Shown here: positions 37,401 to 43,479 of the stretch, in pieces | Position numbering within the stretch: position 1 is the stretch's first letter | Layout: the number at the start of each line of letters is the position of its first letter | DNA from: a bacterium | GTDB lineage: Bacteria; Verrucomicrobiota; Verrucomicrobiia; Opitutales; Opitutaceae | Direction of reading: 5' to 3' | DNA length: 45,013 nucleotides | Assembly (NCBI GenBank): GCA_021782105.1 | Contig: JAJXVO010000001.1 | Span: 1-45,013 of the forward strand | Program-made: the position numbers and the translations under genes | Notes under the pieces: generated by a model | Told to the model about the DNA's origin: nothing | The model's database searches: none | Seen by the model: the letters and a program-made list of their open reading frames with translations, nothing else

Positions 37401-38395
37401 GAGCCGATCAAAAGGACTACGCCGCCCGGGCCGCGGAACGGGCATTGACCGAGCACTACGCGCGCACGGGAGTCCGGGCGACCCTCGAGCAGACGGCGGG
37501 CGGGCATTGGCGCGCAAGGTTGGCACTCCCTCTCACGAGACCCCTCGTCTCGATCCTCATCGCCAGCCACAATGCCGCGGACTTGGTGCGCCTCTGCATC
37601 GCATCGTTGGTGGCACGGACCGACTATGCCCCCTTCGAGATCGTCCTCGTAGACAACCGTTCGGACGCGCCGGATGCGCTCGCCCTATTCGACGAGCTCG
37701 AGCGCAACGGCATTGTGCGATTGCTCCGCTATCCACATCCCTTCAATTATTCCGCGATCAATAACTTTGCCGCGCGCGAGGCCAGGGGCGAGATTCTCTG
37801 CCTTCTCAACAACGATATCGAGATCCGCGATGGCGGCTGGCTCACGGAGATGGTGTCCCACGCTGTGCGTCCCGAAATCGGCGCGGTGGGCACGCGGCTG
37901 CTGTTCCCCGACCTGACCGTCCAACACGCCGGCGTCATCGTCGGGTTGGGCGGCGTGGCGGGGCATGGCTTCAAACGTTTTCACCGCAACGAGCCCGGCC
38001 ACCAGTTCCGGCCGCACCTCGTCCACAACCTTTCCGCCGTCACGGCCGCCTGCCTCGTGATCCGGCGCAAAGTCTATGAGGAGGTGGGCGGACTCGACGA
38101 GGTGGCGCTGCCGGTGGCTTTCAACGATGTGGACTTCTGCCTGCGGGTGCAGGCTCGCGGCTACCGCAATCTCTACACGCCCTTCGCCGAGATAATTCAT
38201 CATGAATCGGCGACCCGCGGCTCCGACAATACCCCCGAGAAAGTCGAGCGCTTCCGCCGCGAGATCGAGGCGATCAAGACCCGCTGGGGCGATTCCCTGC
38301 TGACGGACCCCGCCTACAACCCGAACCTCAGCCTGGACTCGGAGGATTTCGCTTTTGCCTACCCTCCCCGGCTGCCGGACCTTGCCCGGTCCTGA
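34448..38395 (+). CDS. Multidomain glycosyltransferase (about 1315 aa): GT-B-N-like region, GT2, coiled coil, unassigned module, GT2, GT2
   Basis: There are three GT-A cores. The first has VALCIPHFEQP...VVDDGS...LLFCDADNRY. The second has LISVLLPVFNTDPRWLERALASVRAQAYPRWELCIADDAS...VLFDHDDEL. The third has LVSILIASHNAADL...VLVDNRS...LCLLNNDIEI. A heptad-rich stretch lies between the first core and the rest. The reading frame is continuous. The ATG is at 34448, and the track start at 34433 is TTG. Confidence 0.85.
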   Translation: MIRACLVVHRLSALRASESEASGPFPTWSFLSACAAPDFQWTVLHTQHAKREEQLDLQAACTQAGAVYAHIEDHPLPVEAPVHPAVEALRIGWQLVYALGNLAPDLIVFGGDPSHAAEPIAARHAALPRFGCAIVVAIEALRKRRRLENDVFPELGREDLATDFLERKTLADADGVIFLDPKDSEWTGSQGWALSSVAGPMNGDLKALLRSALEAARADLVRAPKFPTVALCIPHFEQPAQLMAALEDLVAQTRMPDELIVVDDGSCSTEAVATFDETARRFAREGWQFLRQQNAGPAAARNWAARVAQSETLLFCDADNRYCPDMVETLARAYARTGAMAVTCAFHALRQGVDPSLDPGYFFVPLGSCMEAAMFENTIADTNTLVNRQAFLDVGGFPSGGIVEDWRCYLKMLDRGHRFEVVPKALFAYTVAKSGRNRQRGEFQPALDAITPYLEGAHPIWKRLWPYAAGAIRHPRLTQLEGVLADLRVRSEQTVEEVRREARHFWAEAVLAEAQCNEVRKRERHALGLLEGKTSTERARIQTLEAELQRLQQELEKNTAILRQREDKLKRLQSSASWSLTAPLRAARRLVVDPFASDLGAHPGHAGTASQAPSASATTKSASETPTEPTCYHYFIEAPHHWRIRDEPFAVRGWCFYEDVDRTMGIRARVGDRVFEGVHGLGRHDIAAVMPQWQQAANSGFRIEVLLHGNDRRLDIELLDGNGRWRRFVDIDLTAEPTEPPKGSYDHWVAKFDTLTESHLAAFKARADLLASGPLISVLLPVFNTDPRWLERALASVRAQAYPRWELCIADDASTEPRIRPILEAAAALDLRIRLCLRERNGHICEATNSALELATGELCVLFDHDDELRPHSLLMVAEEFAAHPDAELVYSDEDKIDELGRRFDPHFKPDWNPDLLSSQNYVCHLAAFRTATLRALGGMRPGFEGSQDWDLFLRLSERVSADSIRHIPRILYHWRAVPGSTAVGADQKDYAARAAERALTEHYARTGVRATLEQTAGGHWRARLALPLTRPLVSILIASHNAADLVRLCIASLVARTDYAPFEIVLVDNRSDAPDALALFDELERNGIVRLLRYPHPFNYSAINNFAAREARGEILCLLNNDIEIRDGGWLTEMVSHAVRPEIGAVGTRLLFPDLTVQHAGVIVGLGGVAGHGFKRFHRNEPGHQFRPHLVHNLSAVTAACLVIRRKVYEEVGGLDEVALPVAFNDVDFCLRVQARGYRNLYTPFAEIIHHESATRGSDNTPEKVERFRREIEAIKTRWGDSLLTDPAYNPNLSLDSEDFAFAYPPRLPDLARS

Positions 38396-38402
38396 ACCTA
38401 CG

Positions 38403-40286
38403 ATGCGCACCTCCCCCGCCAAAGCCCGACTCGCGATCTGGCTCTGTGCCATCGCCGTCGGCCTGGTCTCGCTGGGAGCGACGTGGTCGCTCATCCAAAA
38501 CCACGGTAGCGACGTGCCGTTCTGGGACCAGTGGCAGGCCGAGGGCAGGGTGATTCTCATCCCGGCGGGTCACGGGACGCTCGACGCATCCGCTTTCTGG
38601 CTCCATCACAACGAACACAGGATCGTCCTCACCAAGCTCATCAACCTGGGACTTGCCGTCGTGAACCGTCAGTGGGACCCGCTGCTTGAGATGAGCGTCA
38701 ATGCGCTGATCCACGCTGCGATCGCGACTGTGCTGCTCCTCGTCGCCGGACCATGGCTGACTCGGCGGACCCTCCTTCCAGCATCCGTCGTGGTGGCGCT
38801 CGCCTTCGCACTGCCCTTCTCCTGGGAGAACAGTCTGGACGGTTTCCAATCCCAATTCTACCTGCTGGAGCTGTCGGCGCTGGCGTCCATCTGGACGCTT
38901 GCCGGAGCCAAGCCCCTGGGCGCGCGATGGTGGCTGGGTTTTGGTTTTTCGGTGGTCGGCTTGGGGACCATGGCCTCGGGCCTCGCGGCCCCCGCATCCG
39001 TGCTCGTTATCGAGGTTGGAACGACGGTGCTGGCCCGCTCGCGCCCCTCGGGAAAAACCGTGGCTTCGTGGACGCTGCTGGCTTCGGTTTTCCTCGCAGG
39101 AGTCGCCAGCGTTCATCGCGTCCCGGCGCATGCGACGCTCGAGGCGTCGAACCCGGCCGAATGGCTGCATGCGGCGCTGCATGCACTCGCCTGGCCGTCC
39201 AATCGATTCGCCCTCACCGCCCTGCTCGTTCAGGCGCCCGCCATGCTTCTGCTCGCAGGCTGCATTCGCAGGCGTTGGGTCGAATCCCATGAGGCCGTGC
39301 TGCTCGGGCTATCGCTCTGGGCCTTGCTTCAAGTGGCGCTTCTCGCCTACGGCCGGGGCCATGGGACCTCCATCGACGCCTCGCGCTATTTCGACCTCCT
39401 CGCATTCGGGGTCTGCGTGAACGTCCTCGCCCTGGCCGCACTCTGGAAACCGAAGCCCGTCGCCTGGTCGGCGCTCGCGCTCGCCTGGCTGGCGGTCGTC
39501 GGCACCGGCCTCGCAACGCAAAGCCGGTACGCGATGCGCGAACTCGATGGCCCCATCGCCAGGAGGAATGCAATGGAGCGCAGCCACGTTCGCGCGGCCG
39601 TCCTCGCGAACGACCCGGGCCCCATCTATCGCGCTCCGGTCGACGAACTGCCGTTTCCAAATCCCGCCTACCTGGTCCAGGTCCTCACCGATCCTGCCAT
39701 CCACGTCCTCCTTCCTTTGGGGATCCGCGCCCCGATCGCCCTGATGCCCGAAGGCTCAGCACAGGGCTTCCAGCTGTCCCGCACGAGTGCGCTCCCCGGC
39801 GCGCCTGATACGCCGTTTTGGACCGCGGTTCGCGGACCGGCTCGGTTCGTCAGCCGGTCACTCCCCGCATCCTGTCTCCCCGTGCTCCATTTCCAGCTTG
39901 CGGGCAGCCGAAACCTTCTGCCGACCGCGCTCTGGCTCGAGGGTGCAGACGGACGACGCGTCTCGCCCAAGATCGGGGACTTCGCAGGCAACCGCTGGCA
40001 GACGGCAAACCTCCGGATTCCCTCGATCGGTCCGGTTCGCCTCCACGCGAGCATTCCCGCGGGGGCGTGGCTGGCATTCTCGGAGCCCACCGAGTTCGGC
40101 CTGTATTCGTGGTACGCCTACTCGGCCAGGAAGTTCGGCGGCCTGCTCGCCGCGCTCGGCGGGGTTCTTTTCGCATTGGGCATGATCGCGATGCCCGGCC
40201 GCGCCGCTGCGGCCGCGGCCCAACCGACTCCCGCCCACCGTTTCGCTCCCGCCACCAGCCGATCCCGCAGACAAAACATGGCTTGA
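38403..40286 (+). CDS. Polytopic membrane protein (about 627 aa, roughly 10-11 transmembrane helices); candidate GT-C-type glycosyltransferase or glycan-handling protein
   Basis: The N-terminus is MRTSPAKARLAIWLCAIAVGLVSLGATW. The first loop carries DVPFWDQWQ and WLHHNEHR. About 10 hydrophobic helices follow, then a soluble region of about 190 aa and a final transmembrane helix (FGGLLAALGGVLFALGMIAM). It starts 8 nt after the stop of the giant glycosyltransferase. Confidence 0.7.
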   Translation: MRTSPAKARLAIWLCAIAVGLVSLGATWSLIQNHGSDVPFWDQWQAEGRVILIPAGHGTLDASAFWLHHNEHRIVLTKLINLGLAVVNRQWDPLLEMSVNALIHAAIATVLLLVAGPWLTRRTLLPASVVVALAFALPFSWENSLDGFQSQFYLLELSALASIWTLAGAKPLGARWWLGFGFSVVGLGTMASGLAAPASVLVIEVGTTVLARSRPSGKTVASWTLLASVFLAGVASVHRVPAHATLEASNPAEWLHAALHALAWPSNRFALTALLVQAPAMLLLAGCIRRRWVESHEAVLLGLSLWALLQVALLAYGRGHGTSIDASRYFDLLAFGVCVNVLALAALWKPKPVAWSALALAWLAVVGTGLATQSRYAMRELDGPIARRNAMERSHVRAAVLANDPGPIYRAPVDELPFPNPAYLVQVLTDPAIHVLLPLGIRAPIALMPEGSAQGFQLSRTSALPGAPDTPFWTAVRGPARFVSRSLPASCLPVLHFQLAGSRNLLPTALWLEGADGRRVSPKIGDFAGNRWQTANLRIPSIGPVRLHASIPAGAWLAFSEPTEFGLYSWYAYSARKFGGLLAALGGVLFALGMIAMPGRAAAAAAQPTPAHRFAPATSRSRRQNMA

Positions 40287-40335
40287 ACTGGAAACCAGAC
40301 GCTCCAAGGTCCTACCTCCCGTCCCACTTGATCCC

Positions 40336-41019
40336 ATGCCTGACCATCCCTCCGCCTACAAAGCCACTTGGAACCATCTGGCCGCGACCGAGGAATCGGC
40401 ACTGATGCATGTGGCCGGATATACCGATCCCGAGAAAATCAAGGAGGCCACCGACATCACCCTGATGTGGCTCCGAAAGTGCCTCGGAATCCATCCGATG
40501 GATACGTATCTTGAGATCGGATGCGGCGTCGGCCGCGTCGGTCAAGCCCTGGCGCCGCAGGTTCACCGCTGGATCGGTTGCGATGTCTCCGAAGCGATGC
40601 TCGGCTATGCGAAGAATCGTCTCGCCAGCCATAACAACGTCGATCTGGTGCCGATTAACGGCTTCGACCTCTCCCCCATTCCCGACGCCTCCGTTGACGC
40701 GGTGTATTGCACGGTCGTCTTCATGCATCTCCAGGAATGGGACCGCTTCAACTATGTCCGTGAAGCCTACCGCATCCTGAAACCCGGCGGTCGTTTCTTT
40801 TGCGACAACGCCAATCTCGACAGCGACATAGGCTGGCAGGTGTTCATGGCGAGCGCGGCCATTCCTCCCGAGGAGCGCCCGCCCCATATCAGCCGTTGCT
40901 CCACCGAACCCGAAATCCGCACCTATCTCATTCGAGCCGGATTCCAGGACGTCCAGACGCAATTTGCCGGGGTATGGGTAATGGGTTGGGGCGTGAAGTC
41001 ATTCCCATCGTTCCCCTAG
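40336..41019 (+). CDS. Class I SAM-dependent methyltransferase (227 aa)
   Basis: Motifs are YLEIGCGVGRVGQAL (motif I), CDVSEAML, VDAVYCTVVFMHL and LKPGGRFFCDN. Confidence 0.8.
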   Translation: MPDHPSAYKATWNHLAATEESALMHVAGYTDPEKIKEATDITLMWLRKCLGIHPMDTYLEIGCGVGRVGQALAPQVHRWIGCDVSEAMLGYAKNRLASHNNVDLVPINGFDLSPIPDASVDAVYCTVVFMHLQEWDRFNYVREAYRILKPGGRFFCDNANLDSDIGWQVFMASAAIPPEERPPHISRCSTEPEIRTYLIRAGFQDVQTQFAGVWVMGWGVKSFPSFP

Positions 41020-41174
41020 GCGAAAAATCTCGCCTGTTCGGGCGATGGCCGAGAATTCCCAGAGGGAAGCGTCCGGCGGCGACCTTTCCTTCACAAGAGG
41101 GATCCGTGCGCGAAGTCGATGTGTTGCCGTCCCCTTGTTAGTCGGCGTGACCTGGCGCCGTACTGTCTCATCTG

Positions 41175-41417
41175 TCAAAAGAAGTTCGCGAGACGCCGGT
41201 CATGTTCGGCGTCGCGCTGATTGAGCGCCTCGTAGGTCGTTCCGGAGCACAGGTCGTTGCCGGCCTTGAGCGCGAGGGCGGAGGCCGTGGCGGCGTCGGG
41301 GGCGTAGTGGTGGGTGGCCCAGATATCGGCGACCGCGTCGACATCGCCGACGACCGCACCGTCGAAGCCCCAGGACTTGCGCAGGACGTCGGTGAGCAGG
41401 CGGTGGTTTGCCGGCAT
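41175..41417 (-). pseudogene. Internal fragment of a GH3 glycosidase (relic of about 80 aa)
   Basis: MPANHRLLTDVLRKSWGFDGAVVGDVDAVADIW...ALKAGNDLCSGTTYEAL matches the mid-region of the GH3 N-terminal domain (the xLLTxxLRxxWGFxGxVVSD pattern and the AGxDLxCG pattern). An in-frame stop lies 11 codons upstream of the M, and similarity is lost after about 70 aa. Neither flank shows the rest of a GH3 in any frame I translated. Confidence 0.6.
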
Positions 41418-41695
41418 CGCGTCCTTCCACCCGGTGGCTGGCCCGCCTCATCCTCGGTGCCCACCTCGCGTGGTTCTTTGCCGTGTGGATGCTTGCCGCC
41501 CAGCCCATGCCTTGGGAGGCCGGCCACCTGATCCTTCCCGCAGCCATTCCCCGATTTGCGAGCTGCCTTGCCATCCTGGGCTTCGCACTGGCCCTGTTGC
41601 ACTGGCTGAGCACCGAGGCAAATGCAGAGCAGCGCAGTCGAGCCCGCGGCCCGGTTGCGGCCGGCCGCGCTGCCGGAATATCCACGGCTCACTGA
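41408..41695 (+). CDS. Possible small membrane protein with two transmembrane helices, or the relic of a larger membrane protein (95 aa, TTG start)
   Basis: Third-position GC is high and codon choice is membrane-like. WLARLILGAHLAWFFAVWMLAAQP and LILPAAIPRFASCLAILGFALALLHWL look like two helices. There is no ATG at the 5' end, an in-frame stop lies 4 codons upstream of the TTG (5 codon positions, at 41393-41395), and the ORF abuts the GH3 relic on the other strand. Confidence 0.3.
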   Translation: MPASRPSTRWLARLILGAHLAWFFAVWMLAAQPMPWEAGHLILPAAIPRFASCLAILGFALALLHWLSTEANAEQRSRARGPVAAGRAAGISTAH

Positions 41696-41716
41696 CAGCG
41701 GCAGTGACCGGAAGCC

Positions 41717-42262
41717 TCAGAGCCGGACGATCGTGTCGCCGACGCGCACCTCGCCGTCCTGCACGACGCGGGCGAAGACGCCGCGGAGGCGGCGGGACCG
41801 GTTTTCCGGGAGGCGTATCCAGCACAGAAAGTCCTCGCCGTAGTGCCGGGCGAACTTCGCGCAGGCGTCGTTCTCAACGTCGCTGACTTCGATCACCGCG
41901 GTGCCCGCCCGGAGCCGGGCGCCGACGGGCAAGGCGGCCTCGGACAGGTCGAGGTCGGCCATCAGCGTGTCGCCGGGGTGGTGATCCGTGCCGGCCAGGC
42001 GCCGCACGAGGTCGATGATCCGGCTGTTGCAAAGGGCGACCTGGACGCGAGGGTCGGGGCGTCCGTCGGGCAGGTACATCCAGGTGCGCCGCTCCCAGCG
42101 GTCGCCGACGGCGCCGCGCGCGGCGGAGAGTTCGAGCACCGCGGGATACGCGCGCTGGTCGAGCGCGGGGCGGATGCAGACGCAGGCGACGGTCGAATCG
42201 CCGACCGGGGACGGTCCGAGTTCGGTGAGCAGCCGGTCGAGCGCGTCTGGCGTGAGCTGCAT
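41717..42262 (-). CDS. MOSC-domain protein (181 aa)
   Basis: The translation reads MQLTPDALDRLLTELGPSPVGDSTVACVCIRP...VQVALCNSRIIDLV...GTAVIEVSDVENDACAKFARHYG...GVFARVVQDGEVRVGDTI. It has the MOSC beta-barrel pattern with a conserved cysteine. The ATG is at the complement of 42260-42262. Confidence 0.75.
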   Translation of the reverse strand: MQLTPDALDRLLTELGPSPVGDSTVACVCIRPALDQRAYPAVLELSAARGAVGDRWERRTWMYLPDGRPDPRVQVALCNSRIIDLVRRLAGTDHHPGDTLMADLDLSEAALPVGARLRAGTAVIEVSDVENDACAKFARHYGEDFLCWIRLPENRSRRLRGVFARVVQDGEVRVGDTIVRL

Positions 42263-42279
42263 TCGACGGAAGTCCCGTC

Positions 42280-43317
42280 TCAGGCCCCAGCCGGGCGAAG
42301 CGAAGCGACCTGCCCGCGAAGAACATCGCACAGCCGCATCAACAGAGCCACGGGCGGGTGTCCGGGGAACGGGGCGAGGGCGGCAGCGGCCTGCCCGAGC
42401 TCGGCCTCGATCGCGTCCGCCACCGCACCCCACACGCCGAGTTCGCGCATCTGTCGCAGCCGCTCGTCGAGCTGGGAGGGGCGCTCCCCGCGGATCTCCT
42501 CCATCAGGAGATCCCGGTCGGCGGCGGAAAGCCGGTCCGCGAGCACGAACAGCGGAAGGGTCAGCTTGCCGCTCGCGAGGTCCGTCCCGAGCGTCTTGCC
42601 TATGCGCTTCTCCTCACCGAAGAAGTCGGCGAGGTCGTCATAAATCTGATACGCGATGCCCAGGTGCCGCCCGAACGCGGCGGAGGATTCGACGACGTCG
42701 GCGGCGGCGCCGGAGAGGCGGGCACCGAGGAAGCAGGACACGCGGAAGAGCTCGGCAGTCTTGAGGTCGATGACCCGGTAATAGTCGTCGCGGCTGACGT
42801 CCGTGGTGCCGCGGCGCAGGGTCTGGATGATCTCGCCTCCGCAGACGCGGCGCGTGGACGATGAAACGGCATGGCAGACCTCGGGCGTGGGATACTGCGA
42901 TGCGAGGTGGAGGGCGTGAGCAAAGAGGGCATCGCCCAGCAGCACGGCCGCCGCGGAGCCATAGGCCCGAGACGCGGTCTTCCGGTTTCGGCGCACGTCG
43001 GCACCATCCATGATATCGTCGTGCACGAGCGTCGCCAAATGCACGAGTTCCACCACTGCGGCGGCCTTCACGAGTTCATCCACGGGAGGGCGTCCCTCCT
43101 GCCACGAACTGAGGAAGACCAGCGCCGGGCGGATACGCTTGCCAGAGGTGTCGATACAGTAATCGGCCATGGCCCGGATTTCCGGCTCGAACTCGGCGAT
43201 TTGAGCGGCCAGGAGCCGGTCTAGCGCCGCCATGTGCGGCTTGAGGTGGTTGAACACCTCGCCGAAGAGCGGTTTGTTCGCGGGCGCGAACGCGGATGTG
43301 GACGGATCGGCCGACAT
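42280..43317 (-). CDS. Trans-polyprenyl diphosphate synthase (IspB-like; chain length not determinable)
   Basis: The first aspartate-rich motif is LVHLATLVHDDIMDGADVRRNRKTA. The second is IAYQIYDDLADFFG. GKRIRPALVFL is also present. The ATG is at the complement of 43315-43317. Confidence 0.9.
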   Translation of the reverse strand: MSADPSTSAFAPANKPLFGEVFNHLKPHMAALDRLLAAQIAEFEPEIRAMADYCIDTSGKRIRPALVFLSSWQEGRPPVDELVKAAAVVELVHLATLVHDDIMDGADVRRNRKTASRAYGSAAAVLLGDALFAHALHLASQYPTPEVCHAVSSSTRRVCGGEIIQTLRRGTTDVSRDDYYRVIDLKTAELFRVSCFLGARLSGAAADVVESSAAFGRHLGIAYQIYDDLADFFGEEKRIGKTLGTDLASGKLTLPLFVLADRLSAADRDLLMEEIRGERPSQLDERLRQMRELGVWGAVADAIEAELGQAAAALAPFPGHPPVALLMRLCDVLRGQVASLRPAGA

Positions 43318-43479
43318 AGACCGGGGCACCTTAGGGAACTCACGCCGAAATGCCAGCGCGCTGTTACCCAGACCCACCCGCGCCTTTCAGTGGCGGCGGA
43401 CGATCACAACCAAGCGTAATCGAGCGGATTCCCAGCGACCGGACCCGGCCAGCGCCGCGGACCAATCGCTGAAATCGGA

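Noticed and set aside
41019-41040. A short hairpin (ggcga-aaaatc-tcgcc followed by tgtt) spanning the stop codon of the second methyltransferase (stem begins at the last stop base, 41019).
   Set aside because: The stem is only 5 bp and the U-tract is poor, so it is not distinguishable from chance.
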